Source: a virus
Taxonomy: Duplodnaviria; Caudoviricetes
Virus record (IMG/VR): IMGVR_UViG_3300043908_000639
Span: 1-36,595 of that record
Length of the DNA stretch: 36,595 nucleotides
Direction: 5' to 3' (one strand)
The translations under genes and the position numbers were made by a program. Below, in pieces: positions 16,482-23,933 of the stretch. Each line of letters opens with the position of its first letter. Within the stretch, counting starts at the first letter, position 1. The notes under the pieces were generated by a model. The model did no database searches, had not been told where the DNA came from, and saw only the letters and a list, made by a program, of their open reading frames with translations.

Positions 16482-16698
16482 TTTTGATATGCAGAGGGAG
16501 CTGGGTAAACCAGAGTAGTGGATAATTATTATATAGCTAAGAAGATTGTGGTGGTAAAACTAAACAATGCACTTTGAATTATAATAATTAAATAAAGTGA
16601 CTGAGTGTCCGAATTGCTGAAGTTTTGGGAGGCACACTTCTTTATTTAGGTTGTGGTGGATTGGGTTGAAAAACACCAATCGTGTACGCATATCAAAA
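16482..16698 (+). ncRNA. Structured RNA module 6 (217-nt multi-branch RNA)
   Basis: Perfect 11-bp TTTTGATATGC/GCATATCAAAA closing stem around four arms: CTGG/CCAG; 11-bp TAATTATTATA/TATAATAATTA; AAATAAAG/CTTTATTT plus AGTGT/ACACT; GATTGG-GTT-GAAA-AAC-A-CCAATC. Confidence 0.65.
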
Positions 16699-16726
16699 AT
16701 TTTTAACACATACAAAAGGAGAAACA

Positions 16727-16810
16727 ATGAACATAATAGTAGCAATAATTATAGCAGTCGCATTTATATATGGACTGTATCAACTAACAATAGGAGATAA
16801 TGATGAGTAA
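16727..16810 (+). CDS. 27-aa single-TM peptide
   Basis: Not in the track. AAGGAG RBS; MNIIVAIIIAVAFIYGLYQLTIGDNDE. Confidence 0.65.
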   Translation: MNIIVAIIIAVAFIYGLYQLTIGDNDE

Positions 16811-17054
16811 AGCAGTATTACATCTTAAGCATAAAGATGAAGTTATTATAAGATTAAGAAGAGAATATATGTTATTAAGTCATGCTAGCCAACGTCAATT
16901 TCTGAAAAATAAAAACCCAGAAGAAAATAAAATATTGATAAGGAAACTTGAAGGTTCAACATCAGCATTAGAATGGGTATTGGGATTTGATTACATAGAC
17001 CAATTAGCATATAAACAAAAAGAAGAGGAAGAAAATGGTAACACAGACAAGTAA
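16800..17054 (+). CDS. Hypothetical protein
   Basis: 84 aa; AGGAG RBS; contains ALEWVLG, a motif common in small phage helical proteins. Confidence 0.75.
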   Translation: MMSKAVLHLKHKDEVIIRLRREYMLLSHASQRQFLKNKNPEENKILIRKLEGSTSALEWVLGFDYIDQLAYKQKEEEENGNTDK

Positions 17055-17580
17055 ACTAGCATACAAACAATTAAATGAAGAAGGTATTGGTGATACACAG
17101 AAATCTAAGATTCTGTATGTTGTAAGAGACCATTACAAAATTAGTGATAAAGGATTATCTTTGAGAGAAATATCTAATCTAACAAACTTTGAAATTAATG
17201 CTGTTAGTGGTAGAGTAAACGATTTGAAGAAAGATGGACTACTTGAGACAACAGATAAGAGAAAGTGTATTCATACTAAAAGATTAGTGTCTCCTGTTAT
17301 TCCAAAAAAAGATAATTCAGTATTTATTACAGAATTGCAAGATAAAATACTATTGTTATTAGGAATATATGGGTATGATAAAACTAAAGTATTATTTCAA
17401 AACAACCTTAACACTGGTGATGTTTTATTTACAATACGATATAAGTATTGGAAATCAATAGACATAAATGATTGTAAAAAAATAGAACAAAATGCTGGTT
17501 GTTTGATAGTTCCATGTCATTGGGAAGATAGTGATACTGGAGACAACTTTTCATACGAAGTAAAAGATAATTGGAAATAA
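17035..17580 (+). CDS. Winged-helix DNA-binding protein with an extra C-terminal domain
   Basis: TSKLAY...GLSLREISNLTNFEINAVSGRVNDLKKDGLLETTDKRKC is a wHTH pattern. Confidence 0.75.
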   Translation: MVTQTSKLAYKQLNEEGIGDTQKSKILYVVRDHYKISDKGLSLREISNLTNFEINAVSGRVNDLKKDGLLETTDKRKCIHTKRLVSPVIPKKDNSVFITELQDKILLLLGIYGYDKTKVLFQNNLNTGDVLFTIRYKYWKSIDINDCKKIEQNAGCLIVPCHWEDSDTGDNFSYEVKDNWK

Positions 17581-17598
17581 AATAAAAAGGAGTATAAT

Positions 17599-17973
17599 AT
17601 GACTGTACCATTTGGAATATCAATAGAAAAACAGTTCAAACTTGTAAACAATATGAGCAATGTCAATGATTTTGTTGTCGGAACTTCTTACATTGGTGAG
17701 ATAGATATTGCTCCGTCTAAACTTATTGCAAAGTTTGGTTCTCCAATGTCTAATGGAGATTCAAAAATCTCTGGAGAATATGTGTTTCAAGGCAATACTG
17801 GTAGACCAATTACGTTATATGATTGGAAATGGACAACTCTGTATGATGAAAGTAATCCGTTTACACCATCTGGCTTTTGGGCACTTGATAAACCAATACG
17901 AATGAATGTTGGTGGCAAGAAAAAATCAGACTTTTATGATTTTGAAAGATGGATTAAACATTTAATAAAGTAA
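17599..17973 (+). CDS. Hypothetical protein
   Basis: 124 aa; AAGGAG RBS; FGSP...DSKISGEY...ITLYDWK...NVGG pattern typical of phage early proteins. Confidence 0.75.
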   Translation: MTVPFGISIEKQFKLVNNMSNVNDFVVGTSYIGEIDIAPSKLIAKFGSPMSNGDSKISGEYVFQGNTGRPITLYDWKWTTLYDESNPFTPSGFWALDKPIRMNVGGKKKSDFYDFERWIKHLIK

Positions 17974-17983
17974 TGGTATGTGG

Positions 17984-18057
17984 ACAGATATGGCGGCTAA
18001 TTAACACTTTCAGCGTATGGGGCCCTCACGAAGTCACTTAATTAGTCGTCTATCTGT
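17984..18057 (+). other. Long intergenic RNA hairpin (processing or termination element)
   Basis: ACAGATA-T-GGCGGCTAATTAA pairs with TTAATTAGTCGTC-TATCTGT (20 bp with G-U pairs); inner ACTT/AAGT and CGT/ACG. Confidence 0.65.
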
Positions 18058-18085
18058 TGACTATAAGTATTGATATTATTAAATT
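18057..18085 (+). promoter_or_regulatory. sigma70-type promoter for the recombination/replication genes
   Basis: TTGACT-17 nt-TAAATT, followed by AGGAG RBS elements. Confidence 0.7.
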
Positions 18086-18109
18086 TAGGAGACATATAAG
18101 GAGAGATAT

Positions 18110-18856
18110 ATGGATATTAAAAGCATTTACAATGCCTACTTAAAAGAACAAGAAAAACTAAATAGCAGAGATAAGAATGTGTTTCATGCATCGTCTGCTG
18201 GTTCTTGTTATAGAAAGCAAATGTATTCTTACTATGATTATCCATCTGACATGAAAGATGATAAGTCATATAGATTGTTAAGATTAGGAACTATTGTTCA
18301 TAGTGATGTTGAAAAAGCATTGTCTATGTATCAAGATAAAAATCCAGATAAAGATATATATATTGAACAAAAAGTACAAATAAAAGATTTAGAAGTATCT
18401 GGTACATTTGATGCTGGTGAAATGTATGAAGAAAGAAGTGGTAGATATGGATTTGCTTTGTATGATTTAAAAACTGCAGCTGCTTATAAGTGGACTACTA
18501 AGTTTGGTAGAAAAGTAAATAGAACAGCAAATTCTGATTTAAATTATAAATTACAACTTGGCACTTATGCATTAGGTGTAAAAGACAAGTACAATCCAAA
18601 TCATATTTATATGTACTTATTATGGTACAACAAAAATACATCTCAGATGAGAGAGCAAATGGTTTCTCCAGAATGGATAGACAAAGCTCGTGAATATTGG
18701 GAAGAAGTATATGAAATAAAAGAAGACTTAGGCAAATCATTCGAGAGAGAACTAGAACCTATGATGACTTACGGAGTTCCTATGCAAGATTGGGAATGTA
18801 GTTATTGTCAGTTTGAAAGTATATGCCCAAGTACACTATCTAAGAAAAAGAAATAA
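18110..18856 (+). CDS. Cas4-like PD-(D/E)XK exonuclease with four conserved Cys
   Basis: HASSAGSCYRK, GTIVH, SGTFD, YDLKT, QLGTYA, CSYCQFESIC. Confidence 0.85.
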   Translation: MDIKSIYNAYLKEQEKLNSRDKNVFHASSAGSCYRKQMYSYYDYPSDMKDDKSYRLLRLGTIVHSDVEKALSMYQDKNPDKDIYIEQKVQIKDLEVSGTFDAGEMYEERSGRYGFALYDLKTAAAYKWTTKFGRKVNRTANSDLNYKLQLGTYALGVKDKYNPNHIYMYLLWYNKNTSQMREQMVSPEWIDKAREYWEEVYEIKEDLGKSFERELEPMMTYGVPMQDWECSYCQFESICPSTLSKKKK

Positions 18857-18869
18857 CAAAGGAAACACA

Positions 18870-19493
18870 ATGGAAAACAACACACCAATTGTAGTGGATG
18901 AGAACGCCTTATCTGCAACAAACGAAATAAGAAAAGCAATAACAGAGAAACACAAAAATGTATCATTCATGACAACACCTGGTCCGTATATCAAAAAGAA
19001 ACAAGGACAAGATTATGTAGAATATTCCTACATGAGAGATGTTGCTGATAAAGAGTTTCCCGGTTGGTCTTGGGAAATAATAAAGACTGAGAATCTAGGG
19101 AGTGAAGCATATGTAGTTCATGGTAGATTAAAATGGTACGATGAGGGTATATGGAGAACTGGTGATATGGTAGCAGCTCATAGAATACAAAAACAAAGAG
19201 GTTCAGAAAGTTTTGTAGATATTGGTAACGATGTTAAAGCAGCTAATACGGATTGTATTAAGAAAGCATTCAACCAATACTTGAATATTGCAGATGATGT
19301 ATATCGTAATCAAGTTCACGACCTTACATTAACAGATGAAGAAAAGAATGATATACTTGTTATAGCATCTGAAATAAGTGAGAAGAGAATGAAAGAAATA
19401 CATGAACTAATTAATAATGACACTATTAATCAATCGAACTACAAAGGTTCACTAGCAAAACTAAAACGAGAAAGAGGAGCAATAGATGCTTAA
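18870..19493 (+). CDS. Rad52/Sak-like single-strand annealing protein
   Basis: YVEYSYMRDVADKEFPGWSWEI and KAANTDCIKKAF...IADDVY motifs. Start moved to ATG 18870 (AAGGA RBS). Confidence 0.8.
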   Translation: MENNTPIVVDENALSATNEIRKAITEKHKNVSFMTTPGPYIKKKQGQDYVEYSYMRDVADKEFPGWSWEIIKTENLGSEAYVVHGRLKWYDEGIWRTGDMVAAHRIQKQRGSESFVDIGNDVKAANTDCIKKAFNQYLNIADDVYRNQVHDLTLTDEEKNDILVIASEISEKRMKEIHELINNDTINQSNYKGSLAKLKRERGAIDA

Positions 19494-19779
19494 AATAAAT
19501 AATTATGGTGAAATACACTCATTACTAGAAGTAGATGAATGCTATACTATTGGTACAAATGATGGCAAAGAGTTTAGAAGAGTTGTTTATCTTGGAAACA
19601 AGAATCTAAATGGCAAACCTATGATGGTATTCAGAACAGAAGATAATAGTAAACTGACAGTTAATCCATCATTTCATACATTTACTATTGAGGAACAACC
19701 ATTACCTCAACCTGAGGACATTGAATCTAAAATAGATGTTCATATCCAAAACCAAATAAAAGGAGACTACAATGGGTAA
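19486..19779 (+). CDS. Hypothetical protein
   Basis: 97 aa; GAGGAG RBS. Confidence 0.75.
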   Translation: MLKINNYGEIHSLLEVDECYTIGTNDGKEFRRVVYLGNKNLNGKPMMVFRTEDNSKLTVNPSFHTFTIEEQPLPQPEDIESKIDVHIQNQIKGDYNG

Positions 19780-20038
19780 AATCAAACAAAGTGATATAGA
19801 TAAACTCAAAGAGGCTGGCAAGTTGTCAGCTTCTGCTGAGAAATCACTAAAGAAAACTAAATCAGTATCTAAGAAAACCACTACAACAAGAAGGTTTATG
19901 AAGACAAAGAATGGAACATTTGTTTCACCTAGTCTTTACTTTCGTGGTGGTAGAGGATTAGAGCCCTCTAATGATATGATTAAGTTTCAAACAGAGTACG
20001 AGAAACTAGTAACTAAATACACAACAACAAGTAAATAA
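19772..20038 (+). CDS. Basic hypothetical protein
   Basis: 88 aa, K/T-rich; AAGGAG RBS. Confidence 0.75.
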   Translation: MGKIKQSDIDKLKEAGKLSASAEKSLKKTKSVSKKTTTTRRFMKTKNGTFVSPSLYFRGGRGLEPSNDMIKFQTEYEKLVTKYTTTSK

Positions 20039-20048
20039 GGAGAGATAC

Positions 20049-20678
20049 ATGGCAAAACAACTTGATAATGTAACTTTTTCACCTAAGAAACAAGCATTTG
20101 TTCCATTTGAAGAAGGTACATATCCAGCTCATATTAAGTCTTTGAAAACAAAAACAAGAATGACAAGAGCAGGAGAAGCAATTATTGTCAATATGTCATA
20201 CGAAGTGCATGAAGATGCTGCAAATCAAGAGCAATATCTTTATGAAATGGATGGATATAATTTTAGAAAAGATGTAAACAATCAGAGGATACCTGTGGTA
20301 GACGAAGATGGCAATCATCTAAAAACAAATTGTACTCAGATAGTGGGAAGAACATTCTATGACAATGGATTCTTTATATTCACAGCGACAGAATCTGCGA
20401 ATAAGAATAGTAGATATTTCAAACTTCTTGAAGGTCTTGGAATAGAACTAGAGGAATCTAATGGAATGAAGAAACTAGTGCTGATTGAAGAAGAAGATGT
20501 AGTAGGTCTTCCTGTTCATGTCACACTAGTAACTCATTCATACATAACGAGTGATACAAAAGACTTACCTCCAGAACAACAAGTAACAAGAACGCTTTTG
20601 AAAGCAAAAGAAATTGTTCTTTGGGAAGGTGGTGAGAAACTATCACAAGAAGAAATGGATGATGACGTTCCTTTCTAA
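20049..20678 (+). CDS. Single-stranded DNA-binding protein (DUF669-like)
   Basis: FVPFEEGTYPAHI N-terminus and acidic C-terminal tail DDDVPF, like the SSB DDIPF tail. Confidence 0.75.
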   Translation: MAKQLDNVTFSPKKQAFVPFEEGTYPAHIKSLKTKTRMTRAGEAIIVNMSYEVHEDAANQEQYLYEMDGYNFRKDVNNQRIPVVDEDGNHLKTNCTQIVGRTFYDNGFFIFTATESANKNSRYFKLLEGLGIELEESNGMKKLVLIEEEDVVGLPVHVTLVTHSYITSDTKDLPPEQQVTRTLLKAKEIVLWEGGEKLSQEEMDDDVPF

Positions 20679-20693
20679 CAAATAAAATGGTAA

Positions 20694-20805
20694 GCCGAGA
20701 GATTTTACTTGTAGTAGTTTATCTAGTATGAGTAATTTAAGACGAGGGTGGTGTATATCCAACCCATATACTCTCCAAGAACTCGTCTCTCTCGGCATCA
20801 CCCTC
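20694..20805 (+). promoter_or_regulatory. Intergenic 3-way-junction RNA with an alternative pairing (possible switch)
   Basis: GCCGAGAGA/TCTCTCGGC, TTACTTGTA/TATGAGTAA, AGACGAG/CTCGTCT, GTATAT/ATATAC; alternative GAGGGTGGTG/CATCACCCTC. Confidence 0.55.
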
Positions 20806-20824
20806 AAATATTTAAGGAGATTAT

Positions 20825-21073
20825 ATGAAAGAATCAAGCGCATTAATTAAATTAACTAAGTCTGAAATAGAAATGGTTATAAATGCTTTACAACTTACTG
20901 AAGATGCAGCTGAACATTTTGATATAGAAAGTATGTTCACACATAAAATAAAACAAGACTTTATTCAAATAAGAAGAGATATAATAGAAGGAGAAAAACA
21001 AAATGAAACCAGAAACAAAATGGAAGAGGAAGTTAGAGGGAATCAAAAAGCTTGCGAAGTCTGCGATGATTGA
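20825..21073 (+). CDS. Hypothetical protein with C-terminal CxxC
   Basis: 82 aa; AAGGAG RBS; ends CEVCDD. Confidence 0.7.
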   Translation: MKESSALIKLTKSEIEMVINALQLTEDAAEHFDIESMFTHKIKQDFIQIRRDIIEGEKQNETRNKMEEEVRGNQKACEVCDD

Positions 21074-21287
21074 TAAACCACAATGGGGACCTGCTGAAGG
21101 ATATGTGTATATAAAAGATGTCGAAGAAGGTCAATTAGTAACAACAGGGAATGGAACAAAAGCAATTGTCACAGACCCTAGTAGTTCAGCAACTCTTGTA
21201 TATTGCACAGAACATAGAATCAATGATAAGTTTTATTTAGGGAGTCAAAGATGGGCAGGAACTACAGAAGTAAAAATCATAGAATAA
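21003..21287 (+). CDS. Hypothetical protein
   Basis: 94 aa; AAGGAG RBS. Confidence 0.7.
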   Translation: MKPETKWKRKLEGIKKLAKSAMIDKPQWGPAEGYVYIKDVEEGQLVTTGNGTKAIVTDPSSSATLVYCTEHRINDKFYLGSQRWAGTTEVKIIE

Positions 21288-21289
21288 AA

Positions 21290-21544
21290 ATGATTCACAG
21301 CAGAAACTATGCAGAACATGATGCTAAAAAAGCAGATAACAATATATACTGTTGTCCTACTTGTAATATATGTTGGGAAGTTATAGGAAAAAATCAAGGA
21401 TATAATAAAGCAACAATTAGTTATTATGATAATTTTCCAACGTATGGAAAAAAAAGAAAACAGTGTAACAGATGTAAAGGAGAAATTAATGGGAAACATA
21501 TACGACGCTTTAATAGAAATGAAAAAAAGAGAGGAGATGTATGA
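21290..21544 (+). CDS. Zinc-binding hypothetical protein
   Basis: CPTC...CNRC. Start placed at ATG 21290, just after the upstream stop. Confidence 0.6.
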   Translation: MIHSRNYAEHDAKKADNNIYCCPTCNICWEVIGKNQGYNKATISYYDNFPTYGKKRKQCNRCKGEINGKHIRRFNRNEKKRGDV

Positions 21545-21909
21545 AAAAATGTCCAGCTTGTGGTTACGAAAAACCAACGAACAGAAACGTAAGTCTTCAG
21601 ATAAACAAGATGATGTCAAAGAAAAGCAAGAAGACAAGAACGAACATCAATAAAGTAGCAAGACTAATCATTAATAATGTTCCTCAAGATAATAGATTCT
21701 CACTTGAAAAATTCTTGTACGCTATTAAAGATACAAAAGATTCTATTGTAGATTATTCTATAAATCAGTATTATGAAAGTCGTGCATTTGAAAATGGAAA
21801 AGGTTTTCCTTATTTGAGAGCAATTATACAGAACCAAAATAAATACAATGGCGAGCTTGTAAAACAAGAAAGAAAAAGATTGGGTTCTGTACCACCAGTA
21901 ATAGATTAA
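21541..21909 (+). CDS. Hypothetical protein with CxxC and a DnaD-like C-terminal motif
   Basis: MKKCPACG; GKGFPYLRAIIQN resembles the YxxxILxxW motif of DnaD/replisome organisers; GAGGAG RBS. Confidence 0.6.
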   Translation: MKKCPACGYEKPTNRNVSLQINKMMSKKSKKTRTNINKVARLIINNVPQDNRFSLEKFLYAIKDTKDSIVDYSINQYYESRAFENGKGFPYLRAIIQNQNKYNGELVKQERKRLGSVPPVID

Positions 21910-21998
21910 AAGCTCCTCATTTCATATGATACATTTTTTTTAGATTAGATATAAAAATGATGCAAATGAAAAAAAGTTGGCTACTTGGGGAGCTTTTA
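21907..21998 (+). other. Long intergenic hairpin
   Basis: TAAAAGCTCCTCA/TGGGGAGCTTTTA (13 bp, 1 U-G); inner TTTCAT/ATGAAA and CATTTTT/AAAAATG. Confidence 0.6.
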
Positions 21999-22012
21999 TA
22001 AAAGGAGAGAGT

Positions 22013-22114
22013 ATGATAATATTAGATATATCTGAACATTTATTAAATGCTATACTATTAATGATTGTAATACATTACTTAGTATTCTTAATAAACAAAA
22101 TAAAAGGAGATTAA
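22013..22114 (+). CDS. 33-aa membrane peptide
   Basis: Not in the track. AAGGAG RBS; MIILDISEHLLNAILLMIVIHYLVFLINKIKGD. Confidence 0.65.
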   Translation: MIILDISEHLLNAILLMIVIHYLVFLINKIKGD

Positions 22115-22115
22115 T

Positions 22116-22289
22116 ATGAGATACTATTGGGAAGTTTTATTTAGCACAGAGTATTTTCCTTATTGGGAATTTACAATGCTAATGATGTTATTAATGTTGT
22201 GTAGTATTTTATGGAGATTGCATAGAATAGAAAATAAAGTAGACATTATTAATGAAACATTAAATCATGTTTTAGACGATTTAGAATAA
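22116..22289 (+). CDS. 57-aa TM plus coiled-coil protein
   Basis: Not in the track. AAGGAG RBS; MRYYWEVLFSTEYFPYWEFTMLMMLLMLCSILWRLHRIENKVDIINETLNHVLDDLE. Confidence 0.7.
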   Translation: MRYYWEVLFSTEYFPYWEFTMLMMLLMLCSILWRLHRIENKVDIINETLNHVLDDLE

Positions 22290-22308
22290 CAAAAAAAAGG
22301 AGAGACGT

Positions 22309-23106
22309 ATGTTACAACAAGCTAAATTTCCTGTAAAGGAAGTACCAGCAGTTGGTTATCCACTAGATGATAATCAAGATGTTACACTACTTGATAAAAC
22401 AGGATACAAGTTTATAGTTAGAGAAGATACTGGAAGAGTTCTTAGTTGTATGACTAATAACTACAAACTAGTAAAAAACGAAACTATAATTAAAACTGCT
22501 AACCCTCTTATTAAAAGGATGGGTGGCAAACTATCAGATGTTAATGTACTAAGACAAGGTGCAAAGACTATGATGAAATGGACATTTCCAGATAATAAAA
22601 TCAAAATGTCTAAAGACGATGAAATGATACCAGAGATTAATATCGTTAATAGTTATGATGGAACTGTAGGGCTTAATATACTTGGTGGAGCATTTAGACT
22701 TATATGTTCTAATGGATTAGTAATTGGATTCATAGCCTCTAAATACATAAACAAACATATTAAGACTAACATAGCATTGAATGATTTAGATAAAATAATT
22801 GAAGAAACTGTTAATAATACTTCTCGAGTATTTGAAGATGAGTTTCCAGTTCTTGCAGAAACGAAGTTTCAAGAGAGACATCTCATCGAGTTTATCAAAT
22901 TATTTCCAGAGTATGCAAATACAATGGTAACTGATAAGATAATCATAGAGAATCCTAAGACGTTCTGGGATTTACTAAACGTAGGTACTAACATACTTAC
23001 ACATCACATGAATAGAGATATGGACTCTACTCACAACTTAGAGAACAGACTTTACCCTAAAGTAAAGAAACTAGCACTCAAAGAGGCAAAAGTTGCCGTC
23101 GCTTGA
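22309..23106 (+). CDS. DUF932-family phage/plasmid protein
   Basis: IVREDTGRVLS...YKLVKN and NSYDGT...AFRLICSNGL motifs. Confidence 0.8.
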   Translation: MLQQAKFPVKEVPAVGYPLDDNQDVTLLDKTGYKFIVREDTGRVLSCMTNNYKLVKNETIIKTANPLIKRMGGKLSDVNVLRQGAKTMMKWTFPDNKIKMSKDDEMIPEINIVNSYDGTVGLNILGGAFRLICSNGLVIGFIASKYINKHIKTNIALNDLDKIIEETVNNTSRVFEDEFPVLAETKFQERHLIEFIKLFPEYANTMVTDKIIIENPKTFWDLLNVGTNILTHHMNRDMDSTHNLENRLYPKVKKLALKEAKVAVA

Positions 23107-23923
23107 TTGGTACGATTGTCCTATAATTATACCTTATTATGGTGGGAAATATATGTTAAGCAAGAAACTTGTTCCATATATACCTCACCATGATAGGTAT
23201 TTTGAAGTGTTTTCTGGAGGTCTTTCCATGTTCTTTCGTAAATCAAAAGCAGAATGGAATGTACTAAATGACAAAGATAATAATATAGTTAATCTATACA
23301 CTTGTGTTATAGAAAATTTAGATGGTTTAATACATTATCTTAATTGGCTTCCAAAATCCAGAGAAATATTTGAGGAATATCGTACTGATATAAAAGAAAA
23401 AAAACCAATTGATATACCAGACCCTTATCAAGCAGCTAAATACTTTTACTGCATAAGACATAGTTTTAACAAATTAATCCATACACCTATGTCAATGGTA
23501 AAGGATTGGAATAAAGATTGGGAATCTGAAATTAAGTATTCTAGAGAAAAGATAGGTGGAGCTACTATTGAAAATCTTGACTTTGGGGACCTCATAGATA
23601 GATACACACCTAAAGATAATGATTTTTGGTACTTAGACCCTCCATACTTTATAGCAACAGATAAAGGTGATTATTACCAACATAATTTTGATGCTAATGA
23701 CCATATAAGATTAAAAGAAAAAGTAGACAAAATTAATTCAAATGGTGGTAAATTCATGGTATCGTATGACTACAGAGACGAGGTCTATGATTTATACAAA
23801 GAGTATAATATAAAAACCATATCACTTAAGTATCATGGTGCTACAGACGAGCATAGGGCAAAGGAAAGAAAAGAATACTTGATAATGAACTATGAACCAA
23901 TGAAACAAGCAAGTTTATTTTAA
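23093..23923 (+). CDS. N6-adenine DNA methyltransferase (Dam/D12 family)
   Basis: YYGGK, EVFSGGLS, LND, YLDPPY, FMVSYD, EYLIMNY. Confidence 0.92.
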   Translation: MPSLDWYDCPIIIPYYGGKYMLSKKLVPYIPHHDRYFEVFSGGLSMFFRKSKAEWNVLNDKDNNIVNLYTCVIENLDGLIHYLNWLPKSREIFEEYRTDIKEKKPIDIPDPYQAAKYFYCIRHSFNKLIHTPMSMVKDWNKDWESEIKYSREKIGGATIENLDFGDLIDRYTPKDNDFWYLDPPYFIATDKGDYYQHNFDANDHIRLKEKVDKINSNGGKFMVSYDYRDEVYDLYKEYNIKTISLKYHGATDEHRAKERKEYLIMNYEPMKQASLF

Positions 23924-23933
23924 AGGAGATTAT

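Noticed and set aside
15790-16720. CRISPR or mini-array associated with the Cas4-like gene
   Set aside because: No direct repeats of 25-40 nt. The Cas4-like nuclease sits with an SSAP and SSB as a standard phage recombination module.
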